Source of the DNA: Lepidodermella squamata
Lineage: Eukaryota; Animalia; Gastrotricha
Assembly: GCA_047495785.1 (NCBI GenBank)
Contig: JBLDXI010000010.1
Coordinates: forward strand, 2,542,001-2,606,000
Length of the DNA stretch: 64,000 nt
Direction of reading: 5' to 3'
How positions within the stretch are numbered: the first letter of the stretch is position 1; each line of letters opens with the position of its first letter. The notes beneath the pieces were generated by a model, which was not told where the DNA came from, ran no database searches, and saw nothing but the letters and a program-made list of their open reading frames with translations. Both the position numbers and the translations under genes were made by a program. Shown piece after piece: positions 8,890 to 21,180 of this stretch.

Positions 8890-9215
8890 AGTTATTTAGG
8901 GTATGCCGACAATGCTATACGACGTGCCTCATGTAAAATGTCATGGTGCAATCGGCGGACACAAGAACACAGAAATGGCGATGGCTCCCGATGCATCACA
9001 AGCGCAACGTTCACTCGTCGACTCGGGTTTGGCGATGCTTGAACGGCGAAGCTCCGAAATACCTATGTGACACGTTTTCGCGCTAAGTCTTCGATCCCAA
9101 CCAACCGATGTCTCGCAGCCTTCTCACTTTCGCAACTCTAGTTATTCCAACTGTATTGCCAACTGACATACGGAGAAATGAGAATGACTGTTCCATCCAG
9201 AGGTGGAAACAAGAG
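8890..9215 (+). pseudogene. Degenerate 3' remnant of a LINE (CR1/L2-group-like) ORF2
   Basis: Interrupted frames read WRWLPMHHKRNVHSSTRVWRCLNGEAPKYLCDTF…LVIP…LPTDIR, resembling the post-RT C-terminal region of these LINEs. Confidence 0.5.
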
Positions 9216-11525
9216 GTGGAATCCCGGGCAGGTCATGGGTCAAGTTGGGCAGGAAAAAAGCTACCTATTTCCAGCACTAGTTCAATCTTGTGAGATTCTT
9301 TGAGCAATATGGCCTTGACATCTCAATTAATAACAGACTGGCTGCAGGATGGCGTTCTCTCTATCAAGGATCTCGATCGATACATTGTTGCTAGATCTCA
9401 CATGAAGAGAGCGCATGAAGAGGTGACCTTGCTGAAATCGCTGAAGCAGCCTATAATCATGTGACGTAGATATCTACGACACATGCCTGTAATGTTCGAA
9501 CAAAAATACGACGAGCGGCAGGTTTAGACGATGCGCGATGCGATGCGGATATCATGGAAACCGAAAACTGAATTTATTCCTCCTCAAAATCCAGCTTTTA
9601 GTGGTGATGTAGCTTTACCCGGACAAAAAAGTTTGCGTAAATTAACATTGTAAATTCCTGTATTTTGGGGTATTTTGCAGTTTATTTTGGTATTTTCATG
9701 TAAGCAGATCAGGAACCAGCTCAGCGATCCGGAATTCAGCGTTGTAAAACAGGGTTTTTCGTTTTTCGGACGAGAAACTTCATGGAAATTCGTGTAAACC
9801 CTGAAATTCGGTCATGTAAACTCATGGATTTTCGTTCTTCAGTTATTTCTTCGATGTATTTCAATGGAAGCTGAACGATTTTTCGACTGGAATATCCTCA
9901 CATCATTTTACATCATGGATAAGACGTTGTATTCTCATGTAAGAAGATCGATTGAATAAAAACTCAATTATTTTTTAACATTTTGCGGCTCGAATTTTGA
10001 AGAACGTGTCGCAAATAGCCTCACACGAAATTACACGAATGGGAATTTCACAGAATTGCATGGGAATTTGAACTCATCATATTTCCGGAGAAAACAGAGT
10101 GGTTACACGAAAATACACGGAGATAAAAATAATGAATATTGGCAAATTTTGCTCAAAAAACCACCGTGTAAATTCATGTAGATTGATTGTGAAAAAGGGT
10201 TGAACAATGACAAGTTTCTAATCGAATTTTGGTATTTTTCGCAAAAAACGGAGTTTAGGTGTGGTAAAAGTTTCAATCATGCGAAATTGTAGAAAAAATT
10301 TTGGTCAAGAATGATAGATTTTAGTAGATTTTTATCGAATTTTTCAAAACTTTCAAGTCGTGTAGTAAAGTCGTGTATAGTGCGCAGTATGAGCGATCAG
10401 GCAACTAAAAAATGTCGCATTTTTCCATGATTTTGCAAGATTTAGCGAATAAAATGACGTGCGCACTCAAATGCTACGGTCTTTCGTAAGAAGGCGTCAG
10501 GTTGAATATGCTAAAAATGAGAAAATTGCAATAGTTATAGAATGCCAATTAGAAAAATTCCTGATTTTGTCTGTTCTAGTCATGTTCACAATTTTTCGAA
10601 ATTTAGAGCAAAGTTCGGCGGTATTCTATAAATTTTGTATTTTTAAGCTGGCGAACTGAGAGTTGTTTTTCGCCAGTTTCCTGTTTCGACGTTTTTGATG
10701 ACTGGCAATTGCTTTCGAACTGAAACGACCACAGCTGTTCAGGTTCAGGGTAAAAATAAGTTATGCTCGATTTCAATGTACTTTGATGAATCGGGCTTCT
10801 TCAAAGTCTTAAATTTAGACCTTAAATCACAAATGCGTATCGAGTGACCTATATATTATAAATTCCTTATTGAAAATTAATAATTTTTGCGGGTCATCTT
10901 CGAGTCGGCTATATTCTCTGATTGCTTGTCGCTTGTTCAGACTGTTTTTGTCAATCTTCGATCAGAACTTTATTGAAAAATCTTGAATTGACTATAATAA
11001 TGGGAATTCCAAACCAAAGCAAACGGTCAATCTTGAAAATTATGGGTTTCATTTACAATTAACGGTAAAATTGATAGCTTGAATTGGAGAAGCTGGAGAC
11101 AATTAATGATGATAAATCAATAGAAAAATTTCAGAAAAAGAATTAAGTTATTTACGAAATTCAAGGCTTAAATTCAGGGCTTTCTCTCAAAATAATTTAG
11201 CAGTACTCTGCTCAGGGTAAAGTAGGTATGGGATTGAAATGTGGCACAAGGCACCAGTATCAGAACAAAAATAATGAATTTTCGAAATTGTTTTGGTACT
11301 ACTGCGAGTGAATTTGCTAATAAATTTGTTGAGCTGTAAGTTCAGGAGAAAAAATTCCTATAAATTCTAGCCAGGTAAAATCCCACCAGCATTTAAAATT
11401 AAAATAATAATAATAACAAACATAATTATTAATTATTATACAGGCTCCACATCAGCGAAAAAATAGACGGGAAAGGTGGCAAAAAATATCTCAGGAAAAG
11501 GTAAAAATTCGAAAAAATGGATATA

Positions 11526-11726
11526 CAGTGCTCCCTCGATAAAAGCACTGGGTCGGGAGCCAGACCCGTTCTTTAAACAAGGGGTGCTTTTAACAAGGGT
11601 GCCGTACATTTATTACGAATAAGCAAAAAATTGGCACCATGTGGGGCGCTAATCCTCTTCCGATCGTAAACAGCCCTCGTTAAGAAACGGTCTTATAAAA
11701 AGGGTGCCTTTAACGAGGGAGCACTG
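11526..11726. mobile_element. Tc1/mariner (pogo/Tigger-like) MITE, 201 bp
   Basis: TA|CAGTGCTCCCTCGATAAAAGCAC…GTGCCTTTAACGAGGGAGCACTG|TA: TIRs starting CAGT with a TA TSD. Confidence 0.85.
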
Positions 11727-14628
11727 TAATCTATTTTCAGAATTATGAAGGCGGTTGGCCTTCGGATTCCAGGGCTGAAACTGATGAAAGATGATCGCAA
11801 TCAAACTAGGAGTTCTTTTTATCTAATGGCAAATTCTTGATTTTTAATTTTCGCAAATTTTAATTTAACCTCTCAAAAAATCAGCCAAACTTCAATCCAA
11901 ATCCAAGAAAAATTCTCGAAAAACGTCAAGCTTGAGTTTTGTTTTTACAAAAAATTTCAGAGCGTGGCTTCGGCTATACTAGTACCCAGCAAATAAAAGA
12001 GCTGCGGATGGATTTACATGTCACGAGAAAATCGCTTGTAAATTGAGAGGGATAAAAAAATTGAGGAAAAAATGAAATAAAAACTAATTTTAAATGAAGC
12101 GGGCCATGTGTTACGTGTCATCTGGCACGTGCGCCTCAAGACAAACTCAGCGGAATGAGAGCAACACAGCTATTCACTATTTTTCCGTCGTTTAAAATCA
12201 GGTCAACTTTTTATTTCATGTTGCTCGCTTTTTGATTGAAAAACAGGCTGTTCTACATACCTCGTTTCGTTTGCGAGGTCAAAGGTAAGCAGGCAAAGTA
12301 AATAATTCTTGACATTGATTTATTGCCCGTTATGATTAATTGGCCGCTTCTCGTCGGTACCGGGACTTCCGGCAATTTTCGGATTTTACGGAAATGGCCC
12401 CGCGAGTATTCCAGCTTGTCGAAGCCAACTATTTCTACTTCTACCTGAGTAAGTAATAATTTCGACAGGTAATTGCAACGTAGATGACTCGCATTCGCGC
12501 TTACTAATCCTATTTTTCGACCCTCGGCTTGATAGCATAATTTCATTCATTATTAGTATCTTTCTCTGGGGTTTAAATTTTTGAAATTTGCCATCTCTTC
12601 GTAGCTGCTTAGACTCAACGTGTTTCCACGGAATTATTTCAAATTTATATAATTATTCATATTTTTATTTATACATTTATGAATAATACAGCGTGTTCCA
12701 AAAACTGCGCAAATATTTTCTAATTTCAAAACGTTTTGAAGGAAATTTAACTAATTTCTAAGCATTGATCCAACCGAGAGAATATTCCTTTTACCCGCGA
12801 TTTAACCAAAGAAATAAAAAATTTACTGGAGAAAACTCGGAGGGTAACTGATTCGGTAATTTTCGGTATTTAACTCGGTCGGACCAAATTTCTCCTGAAT
12901 TTTTAAAATCCATTAACAAGTGACATACTTGATTACTATTCTCGTGATTTTTGAAGTTTTCTAAAAACAGTATGGCCTTGATATGTGGCTTCGTCACTCA
13001 TTCTACGGCGTCTGAACCCTTTTCCAAGTATTTTCTTTGCTTGCGTTACTAATGGGACACGCTGTACATCTCGAGGATCGAAATGTTGTTGGTTGGAGGC
13101 GATATTTGGCGATAAATCAACGCATAACTGTGAATGATTTCGTCCCATGCATATGCAAAAAGCCATTCAATATAGCGCTTCATTTTAATCACGAGACTTG
13201 AATTTTTTTTCAAAATTCCGTCATAGAATTAAAAATATCAAAATAAATAAAATTTTGGTTTCCACTTTTTCAGAGAGTTTTTTTAACCAGTAGTTTCTTC
13301 AACCAAAATTCAAACTCTTTGAATTAAAAAGCCGGAAATCGTAAGTCGTCGAAATTTCATGTTTTGCGTAATAATTTAATATAAAATTAATATATAAAAT
13401 TCTGGAGCATTTTTCATAGCGTTTTTCCGGTTTTTCATATTTTATTAAAAATAAATAATTAATCCATTTTTCTGAAACTTTATAGTCTGTCAGCGATGGC
13501 CCTCGATTTCTCGCATCTCGAATTTCCTGCAACGTGGTGAGTTAAAAACTACCTTAAAATAAGTAATTAAGTTAATAATTCGCTTTTCACTCCTGCCGAA
13601 TTTTGCTGTGGAGCTATGGAACGATAGCGTCGTTGAGAAAAACGAACCTGAAACCAACTGCAATGAGGTGAGAAATTTCAGGCAATTTTTGAGACAAATT
13701 ATAATCGGAATAGTTAATAAAAAATGCTAATTAATTTCTAGGCGATTGAAGCTTGCACTCACCTTCATCAGGCTAGGGCAATTTCTAGGCTAATTTCTGC
13801 ATCAATTTAGCAAAATTAAATTAAGAAAAATTCCCGATTAAAATATTTCTTCGACTGATCCCTGCAAATAATCGATTATCGGTCCTGAGTAGAATTTCAG
13901 AATTTGTGAATTTCAAAAAATGGAGTAATGCGTAATAAAGTGTTAGCGGCTGTTTCCAAAATAACAGAAATTAAAACTATAAATGTTATCTAAAATAATT
14001 TTTTTGAGGAGCTTGATATAATTTTGGCGGACATAGTCATCCAATTCAGTTGATTTGTCAAACGTTTAATTTTCAGGAATGTTATTGCTCGGCTGCTGAC
14101 GCTGATTGAGGTAAATGTCCTGATGCTGCTGATTTTGAAATCCAATTGATCAAACGTTGATGTCACGCTGTTACTTCGACTACATTTTCGGTTACTTTCA
14201 GCTGAATCCTGTTGCTGAAGCTGTTCACGTCAGGCTGAATTCCTGGCTGTTCGTCATGGGTCATTGGTCACATTTTAGCGCAAAAGATGCGCCAGGGAAC
14301 TGACAATAAAATAACGATTTTTCTCGATTTTATTGCTTTTCGCGAAATCTGTGAAATTTGATATTTTCATGAAAAATGCCGTTAATGTGAAAATCGTCAT
14401 TTCCGTGGAAATTGCTATTTTTTCTTTGCTGTTTTCATGCTGCCATTTTTGCGCTTATCGCACCAGTTTTCACGATTTTTCTCCCATTTTTTCGAATTCT
14501 GTGTGAAAAATGTGTTTTTCTACGTTTTGCTGTGCCTGTGGTTACACGGAATTACACGATTTTCCTCGATTTTTTGTGCCATTTTCGCGCAGTCTGTGTG
14601 AAAAATGCTATATTTTCGAGCCATCTCT

Positions 14629-14871
14629 CTGCGCTTCCACGGAATTACACGGAGTTGTGAGTCTGGTTGATTTCGCCGAAAACGCTGGAAAAACTTGTCT
14701 TGACTTGCTTTTCTCGGCTGAATCTTCTTACATGAGTTTACAACGGCGAAATGACGTTGGAAACTCAAGTTTGACGATTCAGCTGGGAGAAGCAAGTCAA
14801 GACAAGTTTTTCCAGCGTTTTCGGCGAAATCAACCAGACTCACAACTCCGTGTAATTCCGTGGAAGCGCAG
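14629..14871. repeat. Near-perfect inverted repeat (96-bp arms, 51-bp spacer)
   Basis: 14629-14724 is the reverse complement of 14776-14871 with few mismatches. Confidence 0.9.
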
Positions 14872-16843
14872 GGCGAACGGCGGCCAATTATGGTCTAAAT
14901 GTAAATTCATGTGAGCTGAATCAATAAAATGATCATGTAAATTCATAGGACTCGTTACCATTTCTCCCTGATTTTACAGCAAAATACACGGACGTGTTTT
15001 CACCCCATACTGCGAAGTGAGAACTAGCGAACGAAAGTGAACGAAATTCGAAGCCTCGACCTCTAGTTTTTTGCGGAAAATTCCTTGGGTCGAAAAACTG
15101 CCTTCTACCTATATCCGGATCAAACTGTTTTTATTTATCATTAAATTTCTCGTTTTTTCCCGATTTTCCCTAATTTTTACCAATTATTTACCTGGATCCT
15201 AAAAATAACCGAATTTTTATCGTTTTCAGCTATAAGGAGGCCAGCAAAATTCGATAATTTTGATTTTTCGTAAAACCAAATTTTTAATGACTGAAAATTG
15301 TCGTTCTAAATAAAAGCTGAAATAGGGCAAAATCATTGTTATTATGGCGCTCGATTGTTGTGCACGCAGGCCTCGGGGTGTTGCGTAATCACGCCATGCT
15401 TCAAAAATGTGGCTTTTTGGTTCATTCAAATCATCTTATTTTTGTTTTCAATTAATTTCAAAAATTAATGTCCTATTTAGTAAGAATTTTTTCACCGGCC
15501 TCAATTTCGCATGGTATCAATCCCGGCCTTCATGCTATCAGGTGTGTCGACCATGCAATCTGCACAGCTATTTATCAAATTTTCCAGGTAATTTAGGAAT
15601 TAATTCCATTTTCTTTCATTTACGTGTAATTTTTGAAGGTTTGTCTCGCGAATCGATTTTGTTGTCGAACCAGTCGTAACCAGTCGGCCAACAATTTGTA
15701 GCGGTATCGATGAATAATTAACAAGGTATTTTCGTGTTCAATTAATTTCAATTATTAATTACTAATTTCAATTTATTTCTACAGGTTTTTCGGGCCTGCT
15801 ACATTGGCGGATTTCTGCATCTGTCACAGCCGTTGTTCGAGGATGGCGTCTCGTGAAACCGCATCTACTATTAAATTGACAATTTTTCAATTTTTTCAAT
15901 TTTTTCAATTGATCAGTTTTCATGAATAAAATGAAAGTTTTGATGAAGGATTTTCGCAAAACTGTCTTTTTGAAGCAGTGCAAGCTTCGTTTTTAGCAGT
16001 AAAAATGCGAAGTGCTAATATTGCGAAGTTCTATTGGCGATGAGCAAGTTTTTCGCGCAGTAGAAACCCGTTTCTCACAACGAAACTCTCACCGCGGTTC
16101 TGCTTCCCCAGCTCCTCAAAAAACTAAACTTTCGGCAGAAAACTGTCCTCAGACAAACTCTCGCTAATTTGCATATTTAGTTTTTTTTATTTGGGCAGTT
16201 AAAAGGCCCGAAATTGTCGCTCAGGGTGAAAATATAGAAAAATCGAAAGTTTTTTTAACGGCGAAGAAGAAATATTTTCACCTGGCAGTTAACTTCGGGT
16301 CTCGGGTGGCAAAACGCCGAATTTCCCAAGTTTCACGAAAAAACTGTGTCAATTTCGCGAAGTGACTGTATTTCCAGCTTTAACTTCAAGTTTTTTCCAA
16401 AAACTGCAGTAAGTTTCGAAAAAAGATGAAAAATGACAGTAAACGGCGTTTTCTGGCAGTTTCCTGCAATTCCCACTGGAACTTCGCAGTGTTTCGCAAA
16501 AAACGTGCACTTGCTGCTCAGGGCATTTACACGAGTTTACAACATGAAACTTTTTAGTCCGGGATATGGCGTCATATCAGTTTTATTTTCTCAGGCGAAT
16601 TTTACAAGCGTGAATATCATACAAATGGTTTTGATTAGCTTTGATTGGCTTTTGAATCTCAATCCAAGGCGTCCCATTTTCTCTCGAAGGCCGCAGCGGA
16701 ATCCTCCCGGTTAATCGAAGTCAGAGCTGTTTTGCTGCTATTTGCTACTATGACACCGACGTAGTGACATCGCGGCTGCTGATCATTGCAGCTGACATGC
16801 GGGTAACTCTGATCACTGTCGATTGATCTGAAATGCATATTCA

Positions 16844-19412
16844 TCATATTGTTCGGTGCACCCACACTAAAACATACGCTGATTGCGAATCTCGCGACGA
16901 TGAGTCCTGTTGAACTTGCTTAGTCTTTTTCGGCGCCGAAGGAGTTGTGCTATCACGGTGACGGAACAGTCCGCTGAAAAAGCGTTGAACTCGACCAGTT
17001 TTGCTAACCCTTCGACGCGACGCCTCATCTTTATATCCTCTCATTAGCCAAGGATCCGCTACTAACTCTGCGATGCTCATCCGCTGTTCCGGGCCATACG
17101 TGAGTAAACGTCGCAGGAGTGACCTCGCTTCAGCGGAAACGTCACTCCAAGTTTCGATATCAGCGTGGCACTCTGTGACACGACTTTCCAGACCGTCAAG
17201 CGTCTCATCTTGAAATTGTGACGATTGTGGAAGACGGCCGGCGAGCATTGCATGGAGAAGCACCCCAAGGCTCCAGGAATCGCACCGCGGCGATGCCCGT
17301 CGGCCGAGAAGCAACTCAGGAGCGGCGTATTCGACAGTGTAGCTTTCAGCAGCGGGCGCTTCGTCGAGCTCGTCGAAGAAGCGAGCGAAGCCGAAATCCA
17401 CAATCTAAAGCGTAATACATGCATTTGGGCTCTTCTGTGGATACACTTATAAGCACAATTATACCTTGCAAGTCGATCCTGAAGAATCCTCGACAAACAT
17501 CACGTTTTCCGGTTTAAGGTCAAGATGTGCCATACGACGGTTCTCGTGCATAAATCTGACGGCAGAAACTAACTGCTGTAAAACCCGCCTCGCCTCGTTC
17601 TCATCCAGTGCACCAGATCTCCGGATTCGCGACAATAACTCACCACCGCAAAGCAGCTCTAACACCAAGTAAGAGTTGTGCTTATCGTGAAGGACTTCTA
17701 CGAGATCTACAACATTGGCGTGGCCTTGACACGCAGTTAGAGTCTGAATTTCGGGGTCGACACGCACGCAGCGGTTCAAGATTTTCACGGCATAGGGCAA
17801 GCCGGTTTCAACACTTGTGCATCGCCAAACCGTTGAAAACGAGCCTCGCCCAATCGGTGGTTCGCCAAAGTCTATCTTATATTTTACAAAAAACTCCGAG
17901 GCTTTGAAGTTCTGAAGAAGTTTCAGCCGCTCGACGCCTACGATTTTTGATTCATCGTCAATGGGGGCTGCAGATGGTTGTGCAGTGGGGCCCACTTGCT
18001 CTGCGCCGCTTTCGTCCAGGTGGAATGGAGCGACGTAGAAATAGTCGCGGAATGCAAGTTGTGACATGTTTGCGACGGCTGGTTGCGTGCCGATCAGAAG
18101 ATCTGAAGGCAGCTGACTTGTAAATTCGTCGGCAAAGTTCTGCACGTCGAGATCGCTGCGAAGTAAGGGTCGGATTGGTGGAACCAATCTTCGAGCCGCT
18201 ACGTCTGCCCAATCGACGCGGAAAAAGAAAGCATGAGCTCGCACCTGTTTGTAAAAATGGTAATGACAGGACTTTAAATGCTGATTTTAGGTTCATTAAG
18301 TATTTTTCTAAAAACGGATTTAGTTGGGAATGCTACAAAATGGGACCAGTAGACTAGATCAGCCCCGCAATACAAAAGAGTCTCAGCCTTGAAGCTTTCT
18401 ATTGAATGTTCTAATTCCTTACATAGGCAATTCACCAGTGGCTCTGGACTACGTATTAGCACGATTTCCTTACCTGGTCAGCTCCATGAGCTCCTAATCG
18501 CTTCGAGGCGTCTTTCACAAGTAGAGACGAAACAAACGACCTTGTCGACATTGGAAATGGTGGGCCCAAGTGGGGATATTTCCCTTCTATGACGCGCCTC
18601 CTCACAGCCTGTTGAGAATTATCACTTCCGGACATCGTGAAAGGCGAAGTTCCGGTCAACAGCTCGTAGGTCAGCACACCCAGCGACCACCAATCAGCCG
18701 TGAAGTCGTACCCTTGGCCTTTGTTTGCAACTTCCGGCGCCATGTACTCGACAGTTCCACAATATGAGTAAGTTCGAGGTAGCTCATGCGCATCGAATTT
18801 CCGTGACAAGCCGAAATCTGCGAGAACAACGTGGCCTTCGTGGTCAAGCAGTACGTTTTCGAGCTTCAGATCGCGGTAGACTATTCTAAGTCTATGAAGC
18901 GCCGAGAGCGCGACAAGAAGCTCCGCAGCATAGAAGGTTGTTTCGTCGACAGAAAACTTGCCTCGCTTGATAAGATGCGTAAACAGCTCTCCGCCTCCAA
19001 TATAATCCAGGACAAGAAAAAGTCCTATTTAAGGAGATTAAGAAAATATTAAATCCCCGATGGTGGAGGTAAAAAAATTACTGGCTTCAGTTTGAAATGC
19101 GTAATGAAGCGTAACTAGAAACGGGAACTGTCGGACAGCTTCCAGAATTTTTCGCTCTGAATTAGTGTGCTCAGCTCCTTTCACCTTGGACAGTACAATG
19201 GCCTTTTTCAATGATTTCAAGGCGTAAACACGGCCATGATCGGTCCCCAATCCTGTTTTCTTGACCAGGTAAACCTTGCCGAAAGCCCCGGAACCTAGCA
19301 AGCAAATTACAGAGAAGTCGACAATCGAAACTTGGTGAGGGTGCTGCTGCTGCTGGTTCGCTTCGTTGCTCATTGCCACTTTCTTATTGCCTGCTGTGTC
19401 TGCCAGCGTCAT
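16844..19412 (-). CDS. MSK/RPS6KA5-like dual-kinase paralog B (exons 19412 or 19373-19082, 19024-18474, 18244-17465, 17404-16844)
   Basis: N-terminal AGC kinase (GSGAFGKV, YRDLKLEN, DFGLS, RTYSYCGT) and C-terminal CAMK-like kinase (GRGSFS, HLDLKPEN, DFGFAR, YAAPE); GT-AG introns join in frame. Confidence 0.9.
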
Positions 19413-21180
19413 TCGAACAAAATTTTGGACTGGTGGGCTGTAATAGGATTCAGGGTGAATCAGTTTATAAATTGCTTCACTCAACGCTGTATTTTTCGGG
19501 AATGCATTCAAGATATAAGCTGTAGTAAAACGAGAAGTAAGACCGCTAAGGCTCAATTCATGTGTTCAAGCAAGCTCCTCGTGCTCACTGTATTCATCGT
19601 AGGCAGTTTTTTGTCTGTATACATATGAGTGTGTTCGTTATTTGGCTTCAAATTTTAACGACGAGCTCGTGTTTGTCAGTTCGCAACTACTGCAGCCAGT
19701 TTTTGTCGTGTCCATATTGTCCGCAACAAAGGCTTGAAGTTCAACTTTTTGAACTCCAACTTTTTGACGATTTTTGACGCCAGACGAACACCAACATGAG
19801 GCGGAAATTATCTTGGGATATTTCATCTTACGGCACCTATTTTGTCGCTCGAAAAAGCCTGATAACTGGCCAATAGTAGCAAGCAAGCAATGTTTTATTT
19901 AATTAACTGGCCAATAGTAAATATCCATATTTTTATTTGAGCATGCTTCCCATAATCCTTTCCTTTTTTATACCCCGGACACTCCCTAGTGGAATACCTG
20001 ACCAAAAAAAGACTTGTCACTCTTTAGCTTTATCATTTTATTACTGAAATTGAGTTTCATCAACTTTTCAATTGTATAAACCTGGCATAAGTTGCGAGCT
20101 CATTACATGCATCTTACATCAAGTATTAAATTTCGAAAAATAAAACTGAAACGAAAATATGACAATTTATCCTATATTCTTGCTTTGCCGGTCTATAATT
20201 TCAAATAATTATATTATAATACAAGTAATCATAAAATAAATTTTATAGTATATCGGCTATATAATGAAAATAAATAGTAACAATGCATCAACAAAATTCG
20301 TTATACATATCGAAAAATAGCTCATCACTCAACCGTACGAAAATATCATAATTTGACATCACTATTGTCTTTACAGTTTACCAACCCTAGAATTTCCTCG
20401 ACTCACAATGGTTCCGGTTGAAGCGAATAAGCAAGCCGGCTCACTCATTGGATTCACATGAATTGGTAAAGTAGCACAGGTTGCAAGTTTGGTCATCCTT
20501 TTTATCGTAAATCGCGGGAAACATTTACAAAAATATTAAGTTGCATGGATATATGTAGAAAATGCGTGGTCGCGTATTTAGTAGGAAGAACACATGAGAG
20601 CGATGGAGACATGCGATTTTCAAATGCGGATAGTTATTATGAAAAGCACAGATTCTCTAACACGTAGAAGGGCACGGGTAGTTGTAGTAAAATAAAGCAG
20701 ATTATGCATGAAAAAACTTCACAGTTCGGCGTGGAACAGAACAAAGATTCAAGCGAGCAATGAAAATGCATTAAAAGGGTCCAGATTTGTTGCACAGGTA
20801 TTGTCACTCAACAACGCTCAGTTTCTATAAGTCCTCAGAATGAATGCGAAAGAATGTGAAAGAAATAATTCGAATAAAAATAAACAAAACCGCAGGTAGT
20901 ATTCAAGTAGAATGCATATCAACTTATGATATTGATCAATGGAAACACAACATATGAATTATGTCAATCGGAAACAACCCAGCTGAAAAGGAAATGTGAA
21001 GGCAGATCTTAACGTCACAAAAAGGATTAAGTTTGCGGGGGCTGAAGGCTTCTATTGAACTTCGAAGTCGAAATCCATATCGGACCTCAAAATTGCCCAC
21101 ATCCGAAGCAATAAACTATTAACGATAATTGAAAGCCTTTCGAGAGACACGGAATTCTGATGGCTTCACACATCATTTTG

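Larger units (their letters stand above)
9618..16563. mobile_element. ~6.95-kb putative DNA transposon (CACTA/CMC-like) with CCC…GGG termini and subterminal repeats
   Basis: TIR CCCGGAC(A/T)AAAAAGTTT at both ends; many copies of a (C/A)TGTAAATTC(A/G)TG / TTACACG(G/A)AATTACACG motif near 9.64-10.4 kb and 14.5-16.5 kb; no transposase recognised and TSD unclear. Confidence 0.55.

Noticed and set aside
9300-9600. Coding-like stretch MALTSQLITDWLQDGVLS…
   Set aside because: In-frame stops and no recognisable family
12253-13532. Short minus-strand ORFs inside the large element as a transposase
   Set aside because: Fragmented, with no DDE or other recognisable motif
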